A DNA stretch of 64,000 bases from Basidiobolus meristosporus CBS 931.73 (lineage: Eukaryota; Fungi; Basidiobolomycota). The stretch spans positions 1 to 64,000 of the forward strand of contig MCFE01000025.1 in assembly GCA_002104905.1 (NCBI GenBank), written 5' to 3'. The position numbers and the translations under genes were made by a program. Every line of letters starts with the position of its first letter. Within the stretch, counting starts at the first letter, position 1. The notes under the pieces were generated by a model. It searched no databases and was not told where the DNA came from. It saw nothing but the letters and a program-made list of their open reading frames with translations. Shown piece by piece: positions 1-11,666 of the stretch.

Positions 1-18
1 AAAACCTTTTTTCCAATA

Positions 19-2396
19 GAGGCGGGGAATGCACCTTCCAATCCGACCTCGTTTTTCGCGACCGCTCCTATAGAAGCAACATTCAATGAGTTGTCGAATC
101 CGTGGGGGCCACATAGTAATGGTCTGATCCTCGATAACTTGCTTGGTAAGTGTTGTTTAACGAGTACAATGAGTTAATAGCTCGAACAGTGAACCCGATT
201 GCCTTAATAGTCGGTGTAAGCCTGGCACCAATGTACTCGGACGTTTTCAACATGGTCAAAACCAAAGAAGGCTATGTCACTATAGATGCTCTTCATAGAG
301 TACTTGGTGCGTCCGGGTTGACCGCTGGCATGATTGAGAAGGTAAGGCGATATATATGACTGCGTACTCAGAAGAAGGGTGATGTTAAAATTACGAAACG
401 TAGATACTGGCGATCACCCTTCCATATGGCGAATCCAACATTGATCGCAAGGCGTTTGATGTGATCCTCGTGTTAGTTGCCCTTGCCCAAAAAAACATGG
501 GTATGTGTTCATCTAGTGCAAACAAGTTATCCACGACACTAATCGCTGTTTCACATGTAGAGGTGTCACTCGAGAGCATTGTCTCACACAAACAAGGCAA
601 ATAATCTTCTTTCAGTTCATTCAGCGGCGGACAAGTTCTTAATCGGTGGCACATTCAGATTTGCCTATACCTCTGCTACCGAGGCTTTCCAATCCGGCAG
701 GTGCCACAGACTCCAACGTTGAACCGACAGACAAAATCACTTCGATCAGCAGACCCTCCCCCGCTTCACATAGCTCAGAAGCTCTGCACTTATTAGACGA
801 TAAAGACTTGATCTCGGTACAAATCTCTCTACAGAAAGGCGGAGTGATCTTCAAGCATGTGAACTACATTCTAGAATCCAAAGTAGGACGTCCTTGATCC
901 ACCCCAATCGATTTATCACTATACTCAACCGCCTCTAGCAACACCTCTCATCAGTAACCCGAAGGTACAAAGACTTTTGGTGGCTTTTGGAAATATTGAC
1001 AAAACGATACCCATCCCGGATGTTGCCTACACTGCCACCCAAAAAGATCGGAGGTATGCAAAGGAGCCATTGACTCGACATGATATTTTAACCTTACACG
1101 CATTATTAGGGGACAAGACGTTCCTTGAGAGGAGACGCAAAGGGCTGTCCAGATTTATCAACTTCATTGCACGCCATCCAGTTCTAAAGAATGACAACAT
1201 AACTGTTGCATTTCTCACTGAACCGACCGTAAATACGCACATTGCTCATGATCTTCACCATGTGTCCGGGATACTAATTCTTCCATTACCTAAAGAGTAT
1301 GGAAGCTTACCGGAAGTTAAATACCGTCGATGTAGAAGAGGAGTTCTCAAAGATAGAGGTTACGGATCAAATCAAGGCCGCGGTGCCCCATGATTTAGAA
1401 GAAAAGTTAAGGAAGCTACGAGAGCGCTTAGATGCTTCGGTTGAATATTATACCAACCAATGTCTATTGATGGAGCGCATCGCCAAACGACAAGAAGGTT
1501 TGCATCTCATTCTCCGGCTTTACGCGAAATCACCGTCGTACTAAATCCATCCAGGCTCCTCCGAAGATATGGAACATTACAGCAGGATACTAGTGTAAGC
1601 TAGTTCGATTTCGCCCTCATCCTGATTGGCTATGCATAACTAAATGTTCGCTGATATACTAGGGCATTGGGGGAAAGCCCATGTCACGATTCTGGCTGTC
1701 TCGAATGTCCTCAGATCATCAGCGGGCTCAACACAGTAGCTGATTCATTCATTCGAGTGAGCGCTATAATGAAAGAAGCAGTATGTCCAGCTGGTTTCAC
1801 ACGATGGTTTGAATGAGTGAGTGATAACACTAGTACTAGGTCGATTCTTCGGTTAGTGGTGTAGTCGACCATCTAAGGCGTCAGAAGGAGATTGTGCTTG
1901 CGTTCAAGGTAACTACTATCCAGCTAAGATGGCTTCGTAAGCTAAACCGGTATTCTCGCCAGGAATTACTGGATCGCAAGGAGAAATTGATCTCAAGTGG
2001 GACAGAAACACTGGCCAGCCGAATCAAAGCCAACCAAGGCAAAATCGACCAACTTCGCGGTTCTAATGGCCCGACCAAAGAGATTCAGCGGCTAACTGAG
2101 GTGGTCTCGCAGGTAATTCCCTCACGATAGACAAACCATTTACTTCGCAAACTCTAAGGAGTCTTCAGGACCGGAAGGAGCTTCACGATGCCAAAGAACG
2201 GGATATCTTCATTCAATACTGTCTTTGGAGGGAATTGCAGTTTTATCACCAGAATACAACCTTCGTTACCAAATTGTATCAGCAATATGTCACGGATCAA
2301 ATCCGATTCACCACGGTACTAAATCAAGCATGGAAAGACTTATCTCCCACAGTGTGGAGTCTACCCGAATACAACACGAATACAATCTACCCATAA
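19..2396 (+). CDS. MVP1: Sorting nexin Mvp1/SNX8-like (PX + BAR), multi-exon, 5' end lies upstream of the window
   Basis: Spliced exons give [32 protein letters not shown], the PX core [25 protein letters not shown], and BAR helices (VEEEF...[17 protein letters not shown]; WRELQFYHQ...YVTDQIRF). Stop TAA at 2394-2396. Confidence 0.85.
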
Positions 2397-2772
2397 ACAT
2401 GAATCCCCCCTGATCACTCCGCGTCATTGGTCGACCGCTGCGAACAGCCACAAGTAGCCATTTCCAAATAAAAATCTGAACCAACTAGGCGCACTGTACC
2501 GAACGATAACTCCCACGTCAATAAGTAAATTGATTCTGTACCATAAGTCTACATGCGATTGGAAGGTGGTACTACCTTCTACTTTCTACCACTACTACTG
2601 CCATTACCATAACCTTATCGATCGATCCACAACCCTAAACGCTGCTTCCAGGCTTGATTGGTGGATGGGTGTTACAGCTCGTGATATATAAAAGTGAAGT
2701 TCCATTTGGATTGCATGATACTATTACCAAGCTGCCATTCCTCGTTTTGCTTTCGTACTGTTGAATTTATTT

Positions 2773-5291
2773 ATGCCACCAGCGAGCAATGGTCGATTAA
2801 TGCACGCGAAAATGTCCCAGCTATATAACGATAGAAACGAGCCCAATTATGAAACAGCGTTCATTGATGTACTGCTAGACCAAAACGCAGACAACGTATT
2901 GAATTGGAAGACGTCCAAACCCTTGACAGACTCATTCAATGAAAAGCCCAAAGGACGTACCTGCATACTTCGGCTTCAACTGAACCACAAGTTGTTTTTG
3001 ATTTGTTTGACATGGTTTCTTCTGATCACTGCAGTTGGTACCTGTGTATTCATCTACGGTCTACACCTAGATCATGAGCGTGTACGGAGCCAACTATATC
3101 AAAACTGCGAACAAAACAACTACGGCGTTAGATCTGTTCTGATGCAACTGGCGAATGACTTTGAAAGCTATTCCAACTTTGTCCATGCAGTGAATCAAGC
3201 AATGACCCAAGAGATTTTTCAAAGTTTTTCTGAGCTTGTGGCCCGGAACAATTACAATTATTCCTCGAGTTGGGTGGGTTGACTATCATACGTGTAACTT
3301 GATGCGAACTTCACTCTAAGCTTCACTCGTATCATCTAAATAGTATCCGCTGGTTTTTCACCACGAGCGAGAGGAATGGGAGCAAAATAGCAACTGCACC
3401 ATTTCAACATTCATGAAACGGGGAAATACATTTGAATTTGTACCGAGTGCACCCAGGACCATGTACCTTCCTCTTCATAGTGTATTAGGAGTACCAAGCA
3501 CATATAAAGGTAAACGCTCTTATTCAAGCCCTTGAAGTGCTACATACCCAACTTTACACATAGGTCTCGATTTACTGCAGACGAATGGGAGCGCGGCTAT
3601 ACATGAAATCTTGACTACTAGAAAACCAAGACTCGTCACTTTTGCTGACATGCTGTATAGTAGGAGCGGTGTAATCGGCATCTATTTTCCGATTGATGCA
3701 GGTCTCACCGCTACGACAGATCACTCAGAGAATACAACAGCAGCCAAGGGTCCATACTCCCTCCCGCTTGGCCTATTCTCCATTACAGTCGATGAATCAT
3801 CGATAGCTGAAAAAATGGAACCGTTCCTTACTCCGGTGGGAAAATCATGGATCAGAATAGTAAATCTCTATGACAACTCCACCGTGTACCGCACTGGCGG
3901 TGAGATTCATGATTCTGAGGATTTTCTCCAAAAAGCGATATCCACAGACATGGCTTTCTGCGGCCAGGAATGGATAATTGAGTGTTATTCTTATAAGCCT
4001 AGTTTTCTAACTTCAACTACCCAGCTGCTCTTGTTATTGTCCATCCTATTTTGCATTATTTTCTCCACCATATTACTTTTCGTATTCACAAGGAGGTACC
4101 TTAAGGCCAGGAAGGAAGTTTTCCTTGGAAACCAAAAGCTTCATCTTTCCAATGCCCTAGTGAAGAACTTGGCTACCAATAGCAAAGCCATCCTGATGTC
4201 CATCACCGACCCGCTCTTGCTGTTCAACCGCGATGGTAAGATAACCGGCGCCAACGCTTACGCCTTGTCCAGGACAGGCTATACCTCTGATGATATCAGT
4301 AGTTCCTCCGAGCTTGCCATCAAGGATGTCATCAACATCGCCCAGTGGACAGGCAGTGTAACCCGCTTGGTGATTGAGCCAGGGATGCGCGAAGTCACCA
4401 TCACCTGCAAGAATGGGTCGCAGTTCTTTGCCGAGGCGAACTTCAGTGCACAGACTGTGATCGGGTCAAACTATGCACAGGTGGTCACATTCCGCGATAT
4501 CTCGGCGAAGAAGCAGGCGGCAATCGATCTGTGGAATGCGAAGGACAAGGCGGAGAAAGCGGACAAGTCCAAGGGGGACATCTTGTTGTATCTGTGCCAC
4601 GAGATCCGGAACCCGGTCCATGCGATTGGCGGGTATGCTCGGTTGCTGATGGAACAGATGGAAGATGAGGACGAGCCTTCAGAGGAGATGGAGAACATCC
4701 TCTGCTCCTCAAAGTTCCTCAGCGAACTGGTCAATGAAGTGCTGGATTTGGCCAATCTGCACGACAATGACCTGGTGTTGAACGAGAGAACGATCAGCCT
4801 GGCAGAGTTGCTTGCCACAATCAACCACCTGACATCTCCAATGGAAGGGAGCAAGTATCAGCTCACCTCCACGCTCACAGGCTCTGGCCAGGTGAGGGTT
4901 GTGTGCGACCCTAGTGCCCTCCAGCTGGTGATCCATCGGCTGGGATGCCTCTTGTCAGACTCGACTAGCATCGATGACCACGAGGAGGCCTTGATGCGAG
5001 TGGATGTGGTGCTAGTCAAGGAGGATGCGGAGTGCGCCATCATCAAGTACCTCATCCAGTGCCCAAACAAGGTGATCCCCTCGCACTACCTAGCCGTTGA
5101 CTTTGACCCGCTGGCACAAGGGAACGGCTCGATGGGGGATCAGTTTGGGATGAAAGGAATCTCACTAACTTTGACTCGGATCATGATCCAGAAGCTGGGT
5201 GGCAAGTTGATCTCCACTTCCGACACCAGGATCGGCACTCAGTTTAGCTTTGAGTTGCAGTTCAAACGGTCCCCAGACCATCCCTCATCAT

Positions 5292-5326
<35 letters not shown>

Positions 5327-6066
5327 CCCTCTCCATCATACCAGCCAGAGAGCCCTTTGGATGAGAATACAAGCCCTCCAGAGAGCCAGCCACATTCCGA
5401 GGGGTCAGTCCCTATCATCAGGCCCAGCACACCAGAGATCACCCGCAAGAAGGGGAAATCGAAGCAGCCACGCACAAAACCAAACAAGAACAGGGGTCAG
5501 CCACTCGGGGTAGAATCCAACTCGAGGGGATCGCCGATGGAACCAACAGCCAGCCATCACGGAAAAGTCATGTAAGTTGCCATTCCATTCAACATTTGTC
5601 TTGCGAGATCTGTCCATTTGCTGGCGCTTGCATACTACACATCGCTTGGAAGACCGTCCACTAACCTGGCGTCCCATGATCTAGCCTTGCTGAGGACAAT
5701 CTGATCTGTCAAAAATTGGCAGCCCGACTGCTCACCAAGAATGGGTACGATGTGACCACCGCGAACAACGGGTTGGAAGCGGTCGAGGCTGTGGAGCGGT
5801 CCCCTGACTATGATATAGCCTTATTGGACATCCACATGCCCCTGATGGGAGGACTCGAGGCTGGGCGGGCGATGCGGGAGAGACTTGGGTTTTCAGGACA
5901 GATAGTGGCATTGACAGCGAACACAACCTCGGAATACCAGCAGGCCTGTGTGGATGCCGGATTTGATGCCTTCGCACCAAAACCGATTAAGGAACAGGAG
6001 TTACTCACCCTGTTGACGCAACGTAGCTACGAATCAAAGGAAGTTTCAAAACCCAAGAGTGGCTAG
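2773..6066 (+). CDS. Hybrid histidine-kinase-like receptor 1: TM-CHASE-TM-PAS-HisKA-degenerate HATPase-receiver (4 exons; introns ~3274-3343, 3510-3563, 5572-5684)
   Basis: TM1 KLFLICLTWFLLITAVG; CHASE-type motifs W|YPLVFHHEREEWE, MYLPLHSV, GLDLLQTN, FCGQEWIIECY; TM2 LLLLLSILFCIIFSTILLFVF; PAS/PAC ending FRDIS; H-box CHEIRNP; receiver VILAEDN...LLDIHMP...ALTA...PKPI. Confidence 0.9.
4170..5984 (+). repeat. Direct repeat copy A (~1.8 kb): PAS-HisKA-HATPase-linker-intron-receiver cassette
   Basis: Near-identical to 7906-9683 by line-by-line comparison; flanking sequence on both sides does not align at DNA level. Confidence 0.97.
5285..5338 (+). repeat. (TCGTCC)n(TCGCCC)n hexamer microsatellite encoding poly-Ser/Ser-Pro
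   Basis: tcatcatcctcgtcctcgtcctcgccctcgccctcgccctcgccctctcca; contracted by 22 nt in copy B. Confidence 0.9.
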
Positions 6067-6559
6067 CTATGGCTTTCATGTAACGCAAAAAACCGCAGAC
6101 AACACGATATTCTAGATATGCATGAATTCTTTAATCTTAATGTGTATATAATTTAGGATGTACAAAATTTCATTTGTGAAGTAGCACCAACTCTGACCAG
6201 TAGTTTAACCATTTCTGGATAGATGAAAACAGTCTAAATCCAAATCCCCTCCATATTTATTGTGCACCCACGAATGCAAGTGATCGATCGATGATTGGCA
6301 TGGGAAATATCACAGCCCTGTATCTAACCTCATTTAACCATTTTCAATACTCCACCAACTCTACTGCGATGGCAATCAGCAATTCCCCTACAATTCCCCT
6401 ACAATTCTATATCGATTACCATAATTCATGACTGACTAAACTTGGTAACTCATAAGGCCACATACAACCTCAGCAAACTCTATTGGCATTTATAAGTACC
6501 TGACAGAGTCTCTAGCACGTTTTCAGAATTTTGCGCCAACGACATCCACCGTTTCGTTC

Positions 6560-9500
6560 ATGCCAATCCCTGCTATATCGCGGAAAGGCTCGCATACAGG
6601 CACAACATTTTTTGACATACTAAACGATGACCCTGATGAAATCCTTGAAAATGAGAAGGATACAAGTTACCAAGAACCGCAAGATTGCGTACACAAACCC
6701 AGGAAAACCCGATTTCAACGATACAAACTCTTTTTAGTTTGTGCAGCCTGGTTTATAGTAACCTCAGTAGTTGGTGGCAACCTGTTTTACTATTCTTCCC
6801 GCATGGACAGGCAATCCATGCAAGAAAAACTGGCAAGTAATTGCCAACAGAGCACCAACATATTGAAGAGCACCCTGTCTCGACTGATCAACGACTTGAG
6901 TAACCACGCCTACTTTGTGAGCTCGGTAGGGCAGGGGATGACTTACGAGATGTTCTCAACATTCACCAGCTATGCAACTAAAGATAGTTTGAAGTATGCA
7001 TTGGCTTGGGTAAGGCTGCCTCCTCAAACATTGAAGCTAGCCATTCATATCACTCATAGTTTATTGTTTAGCAACCACAAGTGAAACAACACGAAAGAGA
7101 AGAATGGGAAGCACAAAACGGCATTAATATCACTATTGTTCAAGAGACATCGTCAATGTTGTTGAAAACCCCAAGTCCAATGCAACCTTACTACTATCCA
7201 ATCTTGTATGGAGTAATGTATGATACTGAACATATTGGTATGCACTAATTATACACGAATAACCTGGATCAGATCTCCTGAAACGTGGCTAACTTGAATT
7301 TTCAGGGATTGATGTGCTTCAAACAAATCGATCGGACACAATCCTGAAGGCATTGGGGACCTTAAAAACTGCAGTCTCTCCAATCAGTGAGTTTAAGCTC
7401 ATGGGGTTCGACGGGATTCGAATATACCTGCCTGTGCTGGTAAACCTCTACCTTACTGACAAAGGCGACTATAGTACTTTCAGAAATAACCACACCAAAG
7501 TCCACGAAAATGTACTTGGATTGGTTAGTCTGAGTGTGAGTATCCAGAATATACTCACGAATGCGATCAATATCTCCGATGGAAACTACATTCGGATCAT
7601 TGATAAAACCGGCAATGACTATATGATCTACAGCAATAACGGAAAGGAAGAACTTCCCGGCGATATCTTCGAATACAGAGAGGAGCTTTCGTTTGGCGAT
7701 CGTGAATGGCATATTTCTTGTTATTCCCCCCCGCTTCCTTTTTTCCCAAGCAAAACCAAATCTTCCCTCTTCTTCGCGATCATTCTTTGTACCATATTTT
7801 CTACCATCATTCTCTTCATCTTAACCAAAAAGTACCTCAAGGCCAAAGAGTTGGTATCCATTAGAAGCAAAATGCTTCAAGATTCCAATGCTTTGGTTAC
7901 CGATATGGCTACCAATAGCAAGGCCATCCTGATGTCCATCACCGATCCGCTCTTGCTGTTCAACCGCGATGGTAAGATAACCGGCGCCAACGCTTACGCC
8001 TTGTCCCGGACAGGCTATACCTCTGATGATATCAGTAGTTCCTCCGAGCTTGCCATCAAGGATGTCATCAACATCGCCCAGTGGACAGGCAGTGTAACCC
8101 GCTTGGTGATTGAGCCAGGGATGCGCGAAGTCACCATCACCTGCAAGAATGGGTCGCAGTTCTTTGCCGAGGCAAACTTCAGTGCACAGACTGTGATCGG
8201 GTCAAACTATGCACAGGTGGTCACATTCCGCGATATCTCGGCGAAGAAGCAGGCGGCAATCGACCTGTGGAATGCGAAGAACAAGGCGGAGAAAGCGGAC
8301 AAGTCCAAGGGGGACATCTTGTTGTATCTGTGCCACGAGATCCGGAACCCGGTCCATGCGATTGGCGGGTATGCTCGGTTGCTGATGGAACAGATGGAGG
8401 ATGAGGACGAGCCTTCAGAGGAGATGGAGAACATCCTCTGCTCCTCAAAGTTCCTCAGCGAACTGGTCAATGAAGTGCTGGATTTGGCCAATCTGCACGA
8501 CAACGACCTGGTGCTGAACGAGAGAACGATCAGCCTGGCAGAGTTGCTTGCCACAATCAACCACCTGACATCTCCAATGGAAGGGAGCAAGTATCAGCTC
8601 ACCTCCACGCTCACAGGCTCTGGCCAGGTGAGGGTTGTGTGCGACCCTAGTGCCCTCCAGCTGGTGATCCATCGGCTGGGATGCCTCTTGTCAGACTCGA
8701 CTAGCATCGATGACCACGAGGAGGCCTTGATGCGAGTGGATGTGGTGCTAGTCAAGGAGGATGCGGAGTGCGCCATCATCAAGTACCTCATCCAGTGCCC
8801 AAACAAGGTGATCCCCTCGCACTACCTAGCCGTTGACTTTGACCCGCTGGCACAAGGGAACGGCTCGATGGGGGATCAGTTTGGGATGAAAGGAATCTCA
8901 CTAACTCTGACTCGGATCATGATCCAGAAGCTGGGCGGCAAGTTGATCTCCACTTCCGACACCAGGATCGGCACTCAGTTTAGCTTTGAGTTGCAGTTCA
9001 AACGGTCCCCAGACCATCCCTCATCATCCTCGTCCTCTCGCCCTCTCCATCATACCAGCCAGAGAGCCCTTTGGATGAGAATACAAGCCCTCCAGAGAGC
9101 CAGCCACATTCTGAGGGGTCAGCCCCCATCATCAGGCCCAGCACACCAGAGATCACCCGCAAGAAGGGGAAATCGAAGCAGCCACGCACAAAACCAAACA
9201 AGAACAGGGGTCAGCCACTCGGGGTAGAATCCAACTCGAGGGGATCGCCGATGGAACCAACAGCCAGCCATCACGGAAAAGTCATGTAAGTTGCCATTCC
9301 ATTCAACATTTGTCCATTTGCTGGCGCTTGCACACTACACATCGCTTGGAAGACCATCCACTAACCTGGCGTCCCATGATCTAGCCTTGCTGAGGACAAT
9401 CTGATCTGTCAAAAATTGGCAGCCCGACTGCTCACCAAGAATGGGTACGATGTGACCACCGCGAACAACGGGTTGGAAGCGGTCGAGGCTGTGGAGCGGT

Positions 9501-9750
9501 CCCCTGACTATGATATAGCCTTATTGGACATCCACATGCCCCTGATGGGAGGACTCGAGGCTGGGCGGGCGATGCGGGAGAGACTTGGTTTTCAGGACAG
9601 ATAGTGGCATTGACAGCGAACACAACCTCGGAATACCAGCAGGCCTGTGTGGATGCCGGATTTGATGCCTTTGCACCAAAACCAATCAAAGAACGCGATT
9701 TACTCAATATTCTAGGCAGCAAGAAGCAAGCTCGCTCAGAGATAGAATAG
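6560..9750 (+). pseudogene. Hybrid histidine-kinase-like receptor 2 (same architecture), frameshifted before and within the receiver domain; truncated allele, young pseudogene or assembly error
   Basis: Same intron positions as copy 1 (~7010-7071, 7238-7305, ~9286-9384). CHASE motifs W|QPQVKQHEREEWE, YYYPILY, GIDVLQTNRS, FGDREWHISCY. A 22-nt deletion at ~9037 shifts the frame to TAG 9225-9227; a 1-nt deletion at ~9587 gives TAG 9602-9604. The ancestral frame ends at TAG 9748-9750. Confidence 0.8.
7906..9683 (+). repeat. Direct repeat copy B of the signalling cassette
   Basis: Matches 4170-5984 apart from about 17 substitutions and three deletions (22, 14 and 1 nt). Confidence 0.97.
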
Positions 9751-10768
9751 ATCGCCTTGTAGAAACGTATTTGTTCCATAATTATTAATTCCACTAATTA
9801 GCAATTTCTCGGAGTTTCACATGTATATATTGATACCACACATATGTAATGACTCGTTTGTTGACAAAAGAAGTAAAGCACGCAGCCAATCAATGTACTC
9901 TCCGATTTTTGCGATTTCGAGTATCCAATTGCCGCGCACCAGAAATCTCCACCAAGCAGAATTTAAGGTTAGAGTAAGGAATCTGACCCCAGTTCTAGAT
10001 AGTTCGAGCCGAATAGCGATCATCAGAGTCTTTGGCATCCATGACCGACGCGATAACCTCCCTCCCCATCGACGGAACAATTTCGGGAGACATGAAATCC
10101 CAAGAAGCTGTGACGTCAAGGGAACTAAGATTATTGTCACGCTGCACGGTCAGGCATGCAGGGGCAGCAGTACTCTATGGTAGACGGATAAAATGGGAAT
10201 TTCACAACAAAGCATAGAATGGAGCGAGAACTGCCTTTTTCGGAGGAAAAATCACAGCGCAACCTATGTCTGTTCACATCATCGTTTAGGGACAAACATA
10301 TCTTAAATGGAGTAGCTGTTGTTGAATGTATCAGCCCCGACTTGCAAGCTCGTTACTTGCGAAGATTTTGAGTCAAAATGGCAACTGGGATCCAATGCGA
10401 CCTGACAAATTCTCGATCATTGAAGTCAGCATACGTACCGTGCTGTCGCGATTTCTCTGGTGACATGGCGAAGGATTGGATCCGAATCAGACCAATCTTC
10501 GTTGATTAGCATTGTATATCATTGTGAAAATTGGGTTACCAAGGCTCTGCTTCGACTTACAGGCCGACACTTCCTTTTCTATATTTAGTTTATCCTAACG
10601 ATATCGGGAAACTTTGTGAAGAGATCCCATTTAGTCCGGCTATTTTGGTATCGGTTCAGTCCTACCCACTGCCCTGCCCATTGCAGTAGCCAACCGTCTC
10701 TGGAATATAAATAGTTGGCATCGTGGAAATACGCCACGGAATATTTGAACGGTGCTCTCAAGCGCAGA

Positions 10769-11321
10769 ATGGATCTAAAACTCCTCCTGAACCCGGACAT
10801 CACCACGACCCCCACCACCACACCAATTTTCACGAGAGAGCTAAGCTATCAGAAAGGCGCACACTATTGTTTATGGAAGGGATGTGGAAAGTCGTTTACT
10901 AGGAAGCCCGATCTCCTGAGGCACCAGCGGATACATACCGGAGAGCGTCCCTACAAATGCTCCTGGAAGGGATGTATGAGAGAGTTTATCCAACGCTCAA
11001 CACTAATCATCCACTACCGATCGCACACTGGCGAGAGGCCATATCACTGCGATTTCGTAGGATGCCACCAATCCTTTGTGGATGTAAGTACCGTCTAAGC
11101 TCTAGGAAGAACCGAGTTGGTTATTAACCCGCATACGCAAGTCTTCCTCTCTAGTCAGGCATAAACGAGGCCATACTGGCTATCGACCGTATGGATGTCG
11201 GCATTGTGAGAAAACCTTCACCAGGAAAACCTCGCTGACAAGACACTTACAAACATGCCACCAGGAGCTGGGCCATATATTCGGGACATACCACAAATCT
11301 TTTGGCTCAGTCAAAAAGTAA
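10769..11321 (+). CDS. Small C2H2 zinc-finger protein with four fingers (intron ~11084-11141)
   Basis: [36 protein letters not shown]...[14 protein letters not shown]...|[40 protein letters not shown]; TGERP linkers; stop TAA at 11319-11321. Confidence 0.9.
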
Positions 11322-11666
11322 CCTACCTGTGGACCGATTCATAGAACATATCATCATAGTAGCATTTTTGAACCTCAAAATCATCGGAAAATGGATTTCC
11401 CTTCATTGAACAAGGAGAAGATGGATAGATTTGTGTGTATAAAAATCCTTAAATTTCTAGATCATCATCTTGCCTGGTTTGTTTGGATAAATGCAGAAAT
11501 TTCGGAATATTCAACAACCAACTTGGTCTTATTTTAAACTTGATCTGTTTGATGCTGGCTGAGGCTAAGACGTTTCTTTTTCATTTGATGGAAAAAAATT
11601 CTTCAAGTAGTGTCTAGTTATTTAAATTATCAGCTCTGATTCTCTACTCCAGTACTGGGTGGGCAA

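Noticed and set aside
4471-5677. Overlapping antisense and alternate-frame ORFs in the kinase cassette (repeated at 8207-9289)
   Set aside because: Shadow ORFs of a GC-rich coding region; they recur only because the DNA is duplicated.
9817-10217. Three overlapping 60-120 aa ORFs between receptor 2 and the zinc-finger gene
   Set aside because: No recognisable motif, splice pattern or coding-like composition.
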